64,000 nt of DNA from a candidate division WOR-1 bacterium RIFOXYB2_FULL_45_9 (GCA_001771575.1 MEUD01000001.1:415277-479276), one strand, 5' to 3'; shown: positions 1-10,434, counted from the stretch's first letter. Notes: generated by a model not told the origin, from the letters alone. Made by a program: numbers and translations.

Positions 1-483
1 CTCTTCAACACTTAAACCGCACAGCCTGGACATTTCTCCCGGATGAGGGGTCAAGATCAGTTTCAAGTCGCGAGATGGGAGTTTTTCCGGCCGGCCGTTA
101 TAAACCGCCAGGGCATCGGCGTCAAGAACGATCGGAGAGGCAAAGCGCTTCCTGGACAAATTGGCCAGGATCTTTTCGGCGATCGTCCGCCTGTCTCCAA
201 GGCCCGGGCCAAGAGCAATGGAGGTGAAATCATGCGACAATCGATCAAAGTCCCCGACCCGATCGATCGCGGCGGTAATAACTTCAGGGGTCGCGCAATT
301 GACCTGGTCCATGGAGCGGGAAGGAACTCCCAGATAAATCAAACCGGCGCCGGCGCGCGCCGCCGCCCGCCCGCAAAGCAGAGCGGCGCCAAGCATGCCG
401 CTGGAACCGGCAAGGATAAAGAGGCGGCCAAAATCACCTTTGTGAGAATTTTGAGGTCGTTTTGGAAGTTCAGCTTTCAACAT
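1..483 (-). CDS. nnrD: ADP-dependent NAD(P)H-hydrate dehydratase (YjeF C-terminal), runs off the window edge
   Basis: Hand translation of the minus strand from ATG 483: MLKAELPKRPQNSHKGDFGRLFILAGSSGMLGAALLCGRAAARAGAGLIYL, with the HKG-x-FG and G-AA-L motifs. Overlaps the acpS stop. Not in the ORF track. Confidence 0.9.
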   Translation of the reverse strand, partial: MLKAELPKRPQNSHKGDFGRLFILAGSSGMLGAALLCGRAAARAGAGLIYLGVPSRSMDQVNCATPEVITAAIDRVGDFDRLSHDFTSIALGPGLGDRRTIAEKILANLSRKRFASPIVLDADALAVYNGRPEKLPSRDLKLILTPHPGEMSRLCGLSVEE

Positions 484-841
484 AGACCGACGCCACCGCG
501 TAATCACGGCTGTGCGAAAGGCTGACCTGAACGTTGTCGAGGATTTTTCCCTGAAAAGAGAGGTGCGGTTTGCCGTCCTGGTTGTTAACGATCTCGATGT
601 CTTGCCACTCCAGTCCCCGGTTGGAGCGGCCAAATCCTTTGATCCCGGTCCCCATCGCTTTTGAGTAGGCTTCTTTGGCAGCGAACCTGACCGCCAGTTC
701 GGGGATCCGGTAGGCTTTTTGCCGGGTGCAGTATTTTATTTCGGTCGGCGAATAGACCCGGCGCAGGAATTTTTCCCCGTAATTATTGACGGCGTCTTTG
801 ATCCGTCCGATCTCAATAATGTCTATGCCGATCCCCTTCAT
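470..841 (-). CDS. acpS: Holo-ACP synthase
   Basis: GIGIDIIEI, RFAAKEA, SLSHS motifs; start moved to ATG 841. Confidence 0.95.
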   Translation of the reverse strand: MKGIGIDIIEIGRIKDAVNNYGEKFLRRVYSPTEIKYCTRQKAYRIPELAVRFAAKEAYSKAMGTGIKGFGRSNRGLEWQDIEIVNNQDGKPHLSFQGKILDNVQVSLSHSRDYAVASVYVES

Positions 842-843
842 GT

Positions 844-1758
844 TTAATAAACCGGCGTGCTCCACGAAATATACTTGGGATTATCGCCACGGGCCGCTTT
901 GAAGTAAAGGTTTTGGATCTTCTTGGTCAACGGACCGATCATTCCGCCGCCGATCACGTTCTCATCGACTTGGGCGATCGGCGAGACCTGCGCGCCGGTC
1001 CCGCAGAAAAACAGTTCGTCGGCAGTGTAGAGTTCTCCCTGCTGGATCTGCCGCTCGATGGTTTTCAGCCCGAGCTCTTTTTCGGCCAGCTCCATGATAC
1101 AGAGCCTGGTAATGCCGGGAAGGATCGTTTCCGATACCGGGGGCGTGATCAACTGTCCACCTTTGATCATGAACAAATTTTCCCCGGAACCTTCGGCAAC
1201 CGTTTTTTCGTGGGATAAGAGAATCGCTTCGTCGAAGCCTTTTTCCAGCGCTTCCGCTTTGGCCAGCGAAGAATTGAAATACGTACCGGTCATTTTTGCC
1301 CCCTGCGGCGCCGACCTGGCCGAGATCCGCCACCAGGAAGAGACGCAAACCTTGATCCCTTTGCTGATATCAAGATAGTTGCCAAAGGGGGACATGAACA
1401 TACAAAAGTCGTCTTCAATCCCGATCAAGCCCAAGCCGATCTTGGCTTGCGACTTGTAATAGATCGGCCGAAAATAAACATCTTCTTTATAGCCGTTCTT
1501 TTTTGCCAGCTCGATCGTAAAATCGCACAATTCGTCGATCGAATATTTTAGTTCGGTTTTCAAACCAAGGTTGGCGGAGCGCTGGAGCCGCTCGTAATGC
1601 TCGCGTAATTTCACCAGATACAGCTGGTTTTTATCGGCGTTCCAGTACCCCCGGATCCCTTCAAATACGCCGGTCCCGTAATTGAAAGCGTGGGTCATAA
1701 TGGAAATATTGGCCTGTTCAAAGGGGACGATCTTTCCTTTAAAAAACGCGTATTTCAT
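844..1758 (-). CDS. ilvE: Branched-chain amino acid aminotransferase
   Basis: HAFNYGTGVFEGIR, EGSGENLF, LPGITR, GTGAQV class IV PLP motifs. Confidence 0.93.
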   Translation of the reverse strand: MKYAFFKGKIVPFEQANISIMTHAFNYGTGVFEGIRGYWNADKNQLYLVKLREHYERLQRSANLGLKTELKYSIDELCDFTIELAKKNGYKEDVYFRPIYYKSQAKIGLGLIGIEDDFCMFMSPFGNYLDISKGIKVCVSSWWRISARSAPQGAKMTGTYFNSSLAKAEALEKGFDEAILLSHEKTVAEGSGENLFMIKGGQLITPPVSETILPGITRLCIMELAEKELGLKTIERQIQQGELYTADELFFCGTGAQVSPIAQVDENVIGGGMIGPLTKKIQNLYFKAARGDNPKYISWSTPVY

Positions 1759-1772
1759 GGCTATCCTCTTTT

Positions 1773-3332
1773 CTACATAGTTTCCGGAGCCGTTATACCC
1801 AACAAGTCTAACACATTGCGGAGCGTAATTCGAGTTGCCCCTACCAGGTACTCACGCGAGGGATTTCCCAGAACTTTGCATTGTTCATAAAAGGAATGAA
1901 AAAGGGCCGCCAGCTCTTTGCCGTATTCGCAGATCCGGTGAGGATGGCGAAGCTGGGCGGCGTCATAAACAACTTCAGGAAACCGGATCAGTTTCATGAT
2001 TAGATTCCGTTCCGCCGGCGTACTTAACTCGCTGATCTTTAACTCTTTGATCCCTTGATCACTTGATCCCTCTCCCTTTCTTAATATCCCGCAAATCCTG
2101 GCGTGCCCGTACTGCAAATAAAAAACCGGGTTGTCGCTGGAGCGCTTCTTCGCCAGCTCCAAGTCGAAATCAAGATGCGAATTCACGTCGGTCGCGGCAA
2201 AGAAAAAGCGGGTCGCGTCCACCCCGATCTCTTCGACCACCTCTTTCAGGGTCACCATCTCGCCGGTCCTCTTGCTCATTCTGACCTGTTCGTCGCCGCG
2301 GTAGAGAGCGACCAGCTGGCCGATAATAATTTCCAATTTTTCGGCAGGGAGTCCGATCGCTTTGAGGGCCGCTTTCAAACGCTGGACGTAGCCGTGATGG
2401 TCGGTCCCCCAGATGTTGACCATCAGGTCGTAGCCGCGTTCGAACTTATTTAAATGATACGCGATATCGGCGGCAAAATAGGTCGGCTTGCCGTCTTCGC
2501 GGACCAGGACCCGGTTCTTATCATCGCCATGCTCTTGCGACTTGAACCAGACCGCACCCCCTTCGACAAAGGTCTGGTGATTTCGTTTTAATTGTTCAAC
2601 CGCTCCCAGTACCAGGTTTTGGTCATGAAGCTCATTTTCATAATAGAACCGGTCAAACTCGACCCCAACCGAGGCAAGGACCTTCTTCTGCTCATTAAGA
2701 TTAAAGGCGAGCATCTCGCCGATCGTTTCACCCTTAGTCTCTTGAACGTAGGCGCCGCCGTAGCCGTTTTCCGGGACTGGCGCTCCGGCCCGCGCCGCCA
2801 GCACCGACGCGTAAAGCTTGTCGACCTGGTTGCCGACGTTGTTAACGTAAAATTCCTTTTCCGTCCGGTAGCCGACCGCCGAAAAGAGCCTGGCGAGGCA
2901 ATCGCCAAAGACCGCCCAGCGGCCATGGCCAACGTGGAGCGGACCGGTCGGGTTAGCTGAAACATATTCCAAAAGGACCGAGCGGCCCAGGTAGCGGGCC
3001 GACTTTCCCCACTCCCGATCGAGCGGAACGATCTCTTTAAGGCGCTGTTCGATCGCCTGGTCGGAGAGGAAGAGGTTGATAAAACCCGGCGGAGCGATCT
3101 CGATCTTGGAAAAATGCCGCCCCTGATCAAGTTTATTGATCTCATCCACCAATTCTTTGGCGATCTGCATGGGAGGTTTCTTCAAGGTCCTGGCGCTGAC
3201 GATAGCCGCGTTGGTGGCATAATCACCAAGCTCCCGGCGAGGCGGCACCTCGACTTTGTAAGGGACGGGCTCAGAAACGCCAAGGAGGCCAAAGGCCCCC
3301 TTGACCTGCGATTCAAGGACAGAACGAAGCAT
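1773..3332 (-). CDS. argS: Arginine--tRNA ligase
   Basis: SANPTGPLHVGHGR (HIGH), MSKRTG, YLQYGHARI, APETM C-terminus. Confidence 0.97.
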   Translation of the reverse strand: MLRSVLESQVKGAFGLLGVSEPVPYKVEVPPRRELGDYATNAAIVSARTLKKPPMQIAKELVDEINKLDQGRHFSKIEIAPPGFINLFLSDQAIEQRLKEIVPLDREWGKSARYLGRSVLLEYVSANPTGPLHVGHGRWAVFGDCLARLFSAVGYRTEKEFYVNNVGNQVDKLYASVLAARAGAPVPENGYGGAYVQETKGETIGEMLAFNLNEQKKVLASVGVEFDRFYYENELHDQNLVLGAVEQLKRNHQTFVEGGAVWFKSQEHGDDKNRVLVREDGKPTYFAADIAYHLNKFERGYDLMVNIWGTDHHGYVQRLKAALKAIGLPAEKLEIIIGQLVALYRGDEQVRMSKRTGEMVTLKEVVEEIGVDATRFFFAATDVNSHLDFDLELAKKRSSDNPVFYLQYGHARICGILRKGEGSSDQGIKELKISELSTPAERNLIMKLIRFPEVVYDAAQLRHPHRICEYGKELAALFHSFYEQCKVLGNPSREYLVGATRITLRNVLDLLGITAPETM

Positions 3333-3524
3333 TTACTTGGTTTCGTTCAAGTTCTTTTTTATCTCTTCGAACTTTTCTTTCCCTTTTTCCAGCGAATCTT
3401 TAAGCTTGGCCCTCGTCTCGTCCCCTTTTCCCGGGGCAAACAACATGCCGCCAATCGCTCCCAGGATCCCGCCTACAGCAAACACTTTGAACAATCCTTT
3501 TAATCCCATCTTTTTTAAACTCAT
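3333..3524 (-). CDS. YtxH-like small membrane protein
   Basis: GGILGAIGGMLFAPGKGDETR YtxH-type motif; AGGAGG SD upstream. Confidence 0.75.
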   Translation of the reverse strand: MSLKKMGLKGLFKVFAVGGILGAIGGMLFAPGKGDETRAKLKDSLEKGKEKFEEIKKNLNETK

Positions 3525-3526
3525 CT

Positions 3527-3817
3527 TTAGTCCTCCTTTTTATCATTCAAAAATACATTCAACCCTTTGCGCAGGCCGCCGACAAAAGCAGCAAGCGTCG
3601 TGTTCTTGTTCCACTTCTTTTTGGAGCCACCCAGCGCGCCAAAAATCATTGTCACCGCGTCCAGGAGCGAAGTGATCGCCAGGACCTTTTCCCTAATCTC
3701 CCCGCTCATCTTGCGGACGTCGGAGAGGATCATGATCCCCTGAATGACCGCGACGGTCAAGGCCAGAAGAAGCAAAACCCCGGAAAACACCAAGACGTTG
3801 ATCAAAATGTCGTGCAT
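3527..3817 (-). CDS. Small membrane protein, hypothetical
   Basis: N-terminal TM helix; sits in an operon between two YtxH-like genes. Confidence 0.65.
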   Translation of the reverse strand: MHDILINVLVFSGVLLLLALTVAVIQGIMILSDVRKMSGEIREKVLAITSLLDAVTMIFGALGGSKKKWNKNTTLAAFVGGLRKGLNVFLNDKKED

Positions 3818-3820
3818 TTT

Positions 3821-4051
3821 TTATCCTCCTTCATGATCTTCTTTGATCTTTTCCGCTTCATCCAGGCCAACGCTAAAGGCTTCCGCGAACCGGTCAAGCA
3901 CCTCACCCAGATTGAATTCATGGATCTTTTGCTTGATCAATTCCCTGCTTTTTTCGCCAATCGATGGGGAGAGCATTAGTCCAAGAACGCCGCCGATCAA
4001 TCCACCGGCCAATAGACCGACCAGTAAATTATTGTCGTCCTGATCAGGCAT
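3821..4051 (-). CDS. YtxH-like small membrane protein
   Basis: GLLAGGLIGGVLGLMLSPSIGEKSRELIK. Confidence 0.7.
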   Translation of the reverse strand: MPDQDDNNLLVGLLAGGLIGGVLGLMLSPSIGEKSRELIKQKIHEFNLGEVLDRFAEAFSVGLDEAEKIKEDHEGG

Positions 4052-4052
4052 G

Positions 4053-4916
4053 TTATTTCCCTCTAGGATACGATCCCAGCAATTTCACAAATGATGTTTT
4101 GCGCTTCAAATTGTTCAATACGATCTGAATGTCCGTGTCGGAACGGTGCCCCTGCATATCGGCAAAGAAATAATAATCTCCCAGAGATTTTTTCGAAGGG
4201 CGTGATTCTATCTTCGTGAGATTGATATCCTTATCGGCGATCTCGGTCAGGACGTCGTGCAGGCCGCCCGGCCGGTCTTTGGCGATGGAAAAAACTATTG
4301 AGGTCTTATCGTCGCCCGTCCGGGGATGGTCCGTTTTGGCCAAAACCACGAAGCGGGTCTGATTCTCTTTCGCGTTGATCTGGGAAGCGACAATGTTCAA
4401 GTTGAACAGTTTGGCCGAGGCCTTGGTCCCGATCGCGGCAAAGACGTGACCTTTGACCTTGCCATGGGCAATGACCCTTTCTCCCAAAGAGACCGCCACC
4501 TGGCGGACCGCGTCGGAAGAGCTGTAAGCGAGATGGAGCTTAACTTTCGGCAGGTTTTTTCTTAAAAAGTCGCGACACTGGTCCAGGACCGGAGGATTGG
4601 AGATCACGTCTGTCACGTCAGCTAAGCGGACCCCTTTTTGGGCGATCAAATAATGAAAGATCGGCAGAACGAATTCCCGCTTTATCTTGAGATCGACCTC
4701 TTTGACCAGCATGTCGGTCACGATCCCGATCGTTCCTTCGATCGAGTTCTCGATCGGCACAACCGCCTCATCCACCGCGCGGCGGTTCACCGCGGTAATA
4801 AGATCAAAAAAAGTGGAGAAAGGAATAAGCTCGGCTTTTTGCTTCAGTTTCTTAACGTATAACAGACCGGCTTCTTCGCTATTGGTCCCTTCAGGACCGA
4901 GATACCCTACTTTCAT
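4053..4916 (-). CDS. pheA: Prephenate dehydratase
   Basis: [28 protein letters not shown] with ACT domain. Confidence 0.95.
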   Translation of the reverse strand: MKVGYLGPEGTNSEEAGLLYVKKLKQKAELIPFSTFFDLITAVNRRAVDEAVVPIENSIEGTIGIVTDMLVKEVDLKIKREFVLPIFHYLIAQKGVRLADVTDVISNPPVLDQCRDFLRKNLPKVKLHLAYSSSDAVRQVAVSLGERVIAHGKVKGHVFAAIGTKASAKLFNLNIVASQINAKENQTRFVVLAKTDHPRTGDDKTSIVFSIAKDRPGGLHDVLTEIADKDINLTKIESRPSKKSLGDYYFFADMQGHRSDTDIQIVLNNLKRKTSFVKLLGSYPRGK

Positions 4917-5349
4917 GTTTTACAACCTCCAGCTTTGACTCTTTGAGCATTTCGCTTGCCAGCGCGTCGGGATAGCCCCCTTCATAAACTAATTTGACCA
5001 ACCCGGCATTGATGATCATCTTAACACAGATAACGCAAGGCTGAAAAGTGCAGTAAAGAGTCCCTCCCTCGATCTTGACCCCGTGCCAGGCGGCCTGAAC
5101 AATGGCGTTTTGTTCAGCATGCAGGCCGCGGCAGAGCTCATGGCGCTGGCCGGAGGGGATGTCCATCTGTTTGCGGATGCAGGTTTCGTTGGTGCAGTGC
5201 TTAAAGCCGCGAGGCGATCCGTTATAACCGGTCGACAGTATCCTTTTATCCTTAACGATCACCGCGCCAACGCTCCGTTTGACGCAGGTCGCCCGTTCAG
5301 AAACATCGTGGGCGATCTTCATGAAATAATCGTCCCAGGCAGGCCTCAT
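4891..5349 (-). CDS. dCMP deaminase / ComEB family
   Basis: [20 protein letters not shown] zinc-deaminase motifs. Confidence 0.9.
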   Translation of the reverse strand: MRPAWDDYFMKIAHDVSERATCVKRSVGAVIVKDKRILSTGYNGSPRGFKHCTNETCIRKQMDIPSGQRHELCRGLHAEQNAIVQAAWHGVKIEGGTLYCTFQPCVICVKMIINAGLVKLVYEGGYPDALASEMLKESKLEVVKHESRVSRS

Positions 5350-6293
5350 GATTTCCTTTTTATTACAGACCGCGCCGCTTTAACGATCTCTTCGGCGGTC
5401 AAGCCGTACTTAACCAAAAGCTCGTCGGGCTTACCCGATTCGCCAAAAACATCTTTCAAACCGACCCTGACCATTGGAACGGCGCAATTCTCGACCAGCA
5501 CTTCGGCCACCGCCCCGCCGAGGCCACCAAGGATGGAATGCTCTTCGACCGTCACCACCGCTCCGGTCCTCTTGGCCGAGTCGACGATCAGTTTCTTGTC
5601 CAGCGGCTTGATGGTGTGCAGATTAATGACCTCCGCCTCGATCCCTTTCCCGGCGAGATCGGCCGCCGCGTCCAGCGCGGTCGCAACCATTATGCCGCAG
5701 GAAAAGATGGTCAGGTCTTTCCCCGGCCGCAAGACCACTCCCCGGCCAAGCTGAAATTTATAGTCTTCGGCGTTGATGATCGGGGTCTTTGGCCGGCTAA
5801 GCCTGATGTACATTGGACCATGGAACTCCGCCGCCGCGCGGATCACTTTTTCGGTCTCCACCGAATCGGACGGAACAACGACGGTCATGTTCGGAATGAC
5901 CCGCATGATGGCAATATCTTCGTTCGCCTGGTGTGAAGCGCCGTCTTCCCCGGTCACGATCCCGGCGTGAGTGACGACTATTTTGACGTTGGCCCGGGTG
6001 TAAGCGACCGATAAGCGGACCTGGTCCCAGGCGCGGCCTGAACCAAAAACGGCAAAGGTCGAAGCAAAAGCGATCTTGCCGCAGGCGGCAAGTCCCGCCG
6101 CGGTGCTGATCATGTCCTGTTCCGCGACCCCCATGTTAAAAAAGCGGTCAGGGAAAAGTTTGCCGAACTCCGCCGTCTTGGTCGAAGCGGAAAGATCGGC
6201 GTCCAGAACTACGACGTTTGGGTTCTCTTTCCCAAGCTGGGCCAGGGCCTTGCCGTAAGCGTCGCGGGTAGCGGCTAATTTAACCTCGCTCAT
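5346..6293 (-). CDS. Transketolase, C-terminal subunit
   Basis: [25 protein letters not shown]. Confidence 0.93.
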   Translation of the reverse strand: MSEVKLAATRDAYGKALAQLGKENPNVVVLDADLSASTKTAEFGKLFPDRFFNMGVAEQDMISTAAGLAACGKIAFASTFAVFGSGRAWDQVRLSVAYTRANVKIVVTHAGIVTGEDGASHQANEDIAIMRVIPNMTVVVPSDSVETEKVIRAAAEFHGPMYIRLSRPKTPIINAEDYKFQLGRGVVLRPGKDLTIFSCGIMVATALDAAADLAGKGIEAEVINLHTIKPLDKKLIVDSAKRTGAVVTVEEHSILGGLGGAVAEVLVENCAVPMVRVGLKDVFGESGKPDELLVKYGLTAEEIVKAARSVIKRKS

Positions 6294-7132
6294 AATTCAA
6301 TATCCTTTATCTTACACAGTTCGCAAAGGGCCTGTTTTTCCTGTTCCGGGGTCGGCGGCGAGCCGTGAAAACTTAATGGAGCCGCTTCCATAAAGCTGAC
6401 CCCTTTTCCTTTGATCGTGTCGGCAATAATGACCGTCGGTTTTCCTTTGGTCTTTTTAGCGTTATCGATCGCTTCGATCAGCGCTTTGATCGAATGGCCA
6501 TCACAGCGGATCACGTGCCAGTTAAACGACCGCCACTTGTCTTCAAACGGAGCAAGGGTCTTGATGTCTTCGATCTTTCCATCGATCTGGTATTTATTGT
6601 GGTCGACGATCGCGGTGAGATTGTCGAGCTTGCGGTGCCCGGAGGTCATGGCCGCTTCCCAAACCTGCCCCTCCTGGCATTCGCCGTCCCCCAGCAAGCA
6701 GTAGACGCGATAATCATTTTTGTCGAGCCGGCCGGCCAGCGCCATCCCGTTGGCGGCAGAGAGCCCCTGGCCAAGGGAACCGGTCGACATCTCGATCCCG
6801 GGAAGCGAGAGCATATCAATATGTCCTTGCAAAGAACTGCCGATCTGGCGCAGGGTCTTTAAATATTTAGCTGGAAAGTAACCGGCCTCCGCCAGGGCGG
6901 AATAGAGGATCGGCGCGGCGTGGCCTTTACTCATCACAAAACGATCCCGCTCTGTCCAGCCGGGATCTTTGGGATTGTGTCTTAATGCATGGAAATATAG
7001 GACCGTAATAATATCAGCGGCGGAGAGCGATCCTCCGGGGTGGCCCGAAGCGGCGGCGCAGGTCATCGCAATGACGTGCTGTCTTAATTTTGACGCAATT
7101 TCCTGCAGTTTTTTTATCTCGTCGCCGCTCAT
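6290..7132 (-). CDS. Transketolase, N-terminal (TPP-binding) subunit
   Basis: GHPGGSLS, SKGHA, GSLGQG, GDGECQEG. Confidence 0.93.
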   Translation of the reverse strand: MSGDEIKKLQEIASKLRQHVIAMTCAAASGHPGGSLSAADIITVLYFHALRHNPKDPGWTERDRFVMSKGHAAPILYSALAEAGYFPAKYLKTLRQIGSSLQGHIDMLSLPGIEMSTGSLGQGLSAANGMALAGRLDKNDYRVYCLLGDGECQEGQVWEAAMTSGHRKLDNLTAIVDHNKYQIDGKIEDIKTLAPFEDKWRSFNWHVIRCDGHSIKALIEAIDNAKKTKGKPTVIIADTIKGKGVSFMEAAPLSFHGSPPTPEQEKQALCELCKIKDIEL

Positions 7133-7136
7133 TTTT

Positions 7137-8000
7137 CTATTCTACCATAATCTTAATCTCGGGCTCAAGATTGACCTTATACTTCTCTTTGACGATCTTT
7201 TGCGCTTTGGTCATCAGCTTCAAAACGTCACGGCTCGACGCTTCCCCCAGGTTGACGATAAAGTTGGCATGCTTTTCCGATATCTGGGCGTCGCCGCAGC
7301 GCAATCCCTTGGCGCCTGATTCCTGCAGCAGCTTCCCGGCGATTTTCTTCTGCTGGTTTTTAAACACGCTCCCCGCGTTGGGAATACCGAGCGGCTGTTT
7401 CAGTTTTCTTTGAGCCAGATGCTCATTGATCTTTTCGCGCATCGCTTTGACCTGCCCGGTCTTCAATTTAAAGGCCGTTTCCACCACGATCAAACCTTTT
7501 TTCTCGATCGAACTTTTTCGATAGCCAAACCCGAGCTCTTTTCTGGTCAAAACAACTTCCTGGCCATTTTTATCCAGCGCCTTAACATGGTCGATTGAGC
7601 CGGAGATCTCTTTCCCCCACGCCCCGGCGTTCATGACGATCGCCCCGCCAACCGTACCCGGGATCCCGGCCAGAAATTCCAGTCCGGTCAAACGCCGTTT
7701 TAGGGCGACCTGAACCAATTGAGGAAGATAAACCCCCGCTTCGGCATACAATAAGTTGTCTTTAAAATAGATCCTCTTCAATCCATTGGCCAGCTTAATA
7801 ACTAACCCGCGATATCCCTTATCCAGGGCCAGCACGTTCGTTCCCGCCCCAAGAATGGCGAATTTTAGTTTTTTCTCTCGCGCGTATTGGATCGCTTCCG
7901 CAAGTTCCTCTTGATTTTTTGGCACGCAAAAATATCTGGCCGGCCCGCCGATCCGAAACGATGTATGTTTTTTTAACGGCTCGTCTTTAAGGTATTTCAT
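7137..8000 (-). CDS. murB: UDP-N-acetylenolpyruvoylglucosamine reductase
   Basis: HTSFRIGGPA, IPGTVGGAIVMNAGA, AGSVFKN, HANFIVN. Confidence 0.96.
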   Translation of the reverse strand: MKYLKDEPLKKHTSFRIGGPARYFCVPKNQEELAEAIQYAREKKLKFAILGAGTNVLALDKGYRGLVIKLANGLKRIYFKDNLLYAEAGVYLPQLVQVALKRRLTGLEFLAGIPGTVGGAIVMNAGAWGKEISGSIDHVKALDKNGQEVVLTRKELGFGYRKSSIEKKGLIVVETAFKLKTGQVKAMREKINEHLAQRKLKQPLGIPNAGSVFKNQQKKIAGKLLQESGAKGLRCGDAQISEKHANFIVNLGEASSRDVLKLMTKAQKIVKEKYKVNLEPEIKIMVE

Positions 8001-8003
8001 GCC

Positions 8004-9413
8004 TCACCCACCATCCCGATGTACATCGGGATGGTCCCTCATCTTCAGCCTAAGCAAAATCTCTTTCGCTACGGTATAAATATCTCCCGCGCCGACCGTC
8101 AAGAGCATGTCCCCGGGCTTAAGTTCTTTCATTAGCTGTTCCACGATCTTTTCTTTTTTGGGTATATACGAAGCTTTTTCCTTATCGAGCAGATTGGCGA
8201 TCGTCTTGCCGGAGATACCCGGGATCGGCTTTTCCGACGCGGCATAGATATCGGAAATAATAACCCGGTCCGCGTCAGAAAACGCGGTCCCGAACCGGTC
8301 CTTGAGCAGTTTGGTCCTGGTATAGCGATGCGGCTGAAAAACACAAACGATCTTCCGCTTCGGCCAGCCGGCCCGGGCGGCGGAAAGGGTCGCTTTGATC
8401 TCGGTCGGGTGATGGGCGTAATCATCAATGATCATGATGTCGGATTGCTCTCCGACTATCGAGAAGCGGCGCCGCGCTCCGACAAAAGTCTGCAGGGCGG
8501 AGACCATCAGGGAAAAATCGATCCCAAACTCAAAGCCGATAGCGAAAACCGCCAGACTGTTTAAGACGTTCTGCCAGCCGGGAACCGACAATCCGACTTC
8601 GCCGACCTCTTCCCCGTTCTTAAGCAATATATAGCTGGAGTTAAATTTGGAATGTTTCAGGTTCTTCGCGCTGTATTCCATTCCCGGATCAAGCCCATAG
8701 GTAATAAATCTTTTCCCCGCCCGCTCCATCAGCCGGCGATTGTTCGGATCGGTCCCGTCGACCAAAATAAACCCGTTGGCAGGGACCCGGGAAGCAAATT
8801 CCTCAAAGGTCCTGAAAAGCTCTTCGGTATTGCCGAAGTGCTCCATGTGGTCCTCTTCAATGTTAGTGATGATCTCGATCGTGGGGGAAAGAAAAAGAAA
8901 AGAGCTGTCCGATTCGTCCGCTTCCGCGACGCAAAAGCCGCCGCTCCCCATTTTAGCGTTGCCGCCGACGTAATCCATGTCGCAGCCGATCAGGAAAGTC
9001 GGGTTCAGTTTGGCCGCGTCCAGGACCTTGGCGATCATCGCGGTCGTGGTCGTTTTGCCGTGCGTTCCGGCAACGGCGATACGGTTCTGGGAACGGGACA
9101 TGATCCAGGCAAGCATTTCGGCCCGCTTCAGGATCGGGATCCCTTTGGCCTGCCCCTCTTTTAGTTCCGGATTGTCAAAGCTGACCGCCGAAGAATAGAC
9201 CATCAGGTCGATCCCCCGGACATTGTCGGCATCGTGGCCGATCTGGATCTTGACCCCCATATCTTTGAGGCGAACGGTATTGGGGTTCTCTTTTACGTCG
9301 GAGCCGCTGACCTTAAAGCCCATTTCGTGCAGGATCTTGGCGATGCCGGAGACCCCGCAACCGCCGACCCCGACCAAATGGATATTTTTGATTTTATTAA
9401 AATCTAATGGCAT
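8004..9413 (-). CDS. murC: UDP-N-acetylmuramate--L-alanine ligase
   Basis: GTHGKTTT, EADESD, DDYAHHPTEI, FQPHRY. Confidence 0.97.
   Translation of the reverse strand: MPLDFNKIKNIHLVGVGGCGVSGIAKILHEMGFKVSGSDVKENPNTVRLKDMGVKIQIGHDADNVRGIDLMVYSSAVSFDNPELKEGQAKGIPILKRAEMLAWIMSRSQNRIAVAGTHGKTTTTAMIAKVLDAAKLNPTFLIGCDMDYVGGNAKMGSGGFCVAEADESDSSFLFLSPTIEIITNIEEDHMEHFGNTEELFRTFEEFASRVPANGFILVDGTDPNNRRLMERAGKRFITYGLDPGMEYSAKNLKHSKFNSSYILLKNGEEVGEVGLSVPGWQNVLNSLAVFAIGFEFGIDFSLMVSALQTFVGARRRFSIVGEQSDIMIIDDYAHHPTEIKATLSAARAGWPKRKIVCVFQPHRYTRTKLLKDRFGTAFSDADRVIISDIYAASEKPIPGISGKTIANLLDKEKASYIPKKEKIVEQLMKELKPGDMLLTVGAGDIYTVAKEILLRLKMRDHPDVHRDGG
8010..8035. repeat. Perfect 26-bp palindrome inside the murC 3' end
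   Basis: ACCATCCCGATGT|ACATCGGGATGGT. Confidence 0.9.
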
Positions 9414-10434
9414 TGATTATTTCTTGGGCCGCTTCCGGTCTGGCCAACCGGCGGCAAGCCTCTTTCATTTGTTTTAGATCAAGGGAATCGTTGACCAAAG
9501 AAGCGAATTTTTCCGGGGTCAGTTCGCCGTTCTTGACCAGCACCCCAGCTCCCGCCTCTTCCACGACCCGGGCGTTAAGGTCCTGATGGCCTTCGGCCGA
9601 ATATGGGAACGGAACCAGGACCATCGGCAAACCGCGGACCAAAAATTCAGCGATCGCCGTCGCCCCCGCCCGAGAGACCACCAGATCGGCCGCCGCAATA
9701 GCCTCGGCTATATTATACATGTATTCCACCGGTTTATAAAAAGGATATTCGCTTCTCTTTAAAAGAGGAAAATCGCGGCTCCCGATAATATGGACGATCT
9801 TTATCCCCTCTTTGATCAGAGGCAAAGCGGCGATCACTGCTTGATTAACGCTCCTCGCCCCCTGGCTCCCCCCAACGACCAGGACCATTTTGTCGCCTGG
9901 TTCACAGCCAAAGAGAGCGCGGCTGGCCTCCCGGTCGGCTAAAGCGATCTCTCCCCTGACCGGGTTGCCGGTGACGATTCCTTGAGGCAAATACTCCCTG
10001 GAGCGGTCGAAAGAAAGAAAGACCTTTTTCGCCCAACGGGCAAAAAGCCTATTCGTCACCCCGGGCAAAACATTCTGTTCATGAAGATAGATCGGGATCG
10101 AAAGAAATTTAGCGGCCAGGACGACCGGCAGGCTGGCATACCCTCCAGTGGAAAGCAGAACATTGGGCCGCTCGCGCACCAGATAAGCCAGCGCCTGAAA
10201 AAAACCGATCAAAGAGATGAACGGGGCGGAGAGAGCCTTGTAAGAAAGCTTGCGCAAAAGGGCCCGCGACTTGATCAATTTGATCGGGAAGCCGGCTTTG
10301 GCGATCAACCCTTTTTCCAGCCCTTCTTCGCTCCCGATAAAAAGGACTTTATTTTCCGGGATCAACTCCCGGGCGACGGCGATCCCGGGATAGATATGCC
10401 CGCCGGTCCCGCCGGAAACTATGACGATCTTCAT
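9397..10434 (-). CDS. murG: Lipid II GlcNAc transferase
   Basis: GGTGGHIYP, HEQN, GNPVR, GGSQGA, SRAGA. Confidence 0.97.
   Translation of the reverse strand: MKIVIVSGGTGGHIYPGIAVARELIPENKVLFIGSEEGLEKGLIAKAGFPIKLIKSRALLRKLSYKALSAPFISLIGFFQALAYLVRERPNVLLSTGGYASLPVVLAAKFLSIPIYLHEQNVLPGVTNRLFARWAKKVFLSFDRSREYLPQGIVTGNPVRGEIALADREASRALFGCEPGDKMVLVVGGSQGARSVNQAVIAALPLIKEGIKIVHIIGSRDFPLLKRSEYPFYKPVEYMYNIAEAIAAADLVVSRAGATAIAEFLVRGLPMVLVPFPYSAEGHQDLNARVVEEAGAGVLVKNGELTPEKFASLVNDSLDLKQMKEACRRLARPEAAQEIINAIRF

Noticed and set aside
43..525. 160-aa plus-strand ORF
   Set aside because: Shadow of nnrD on the minus strand.
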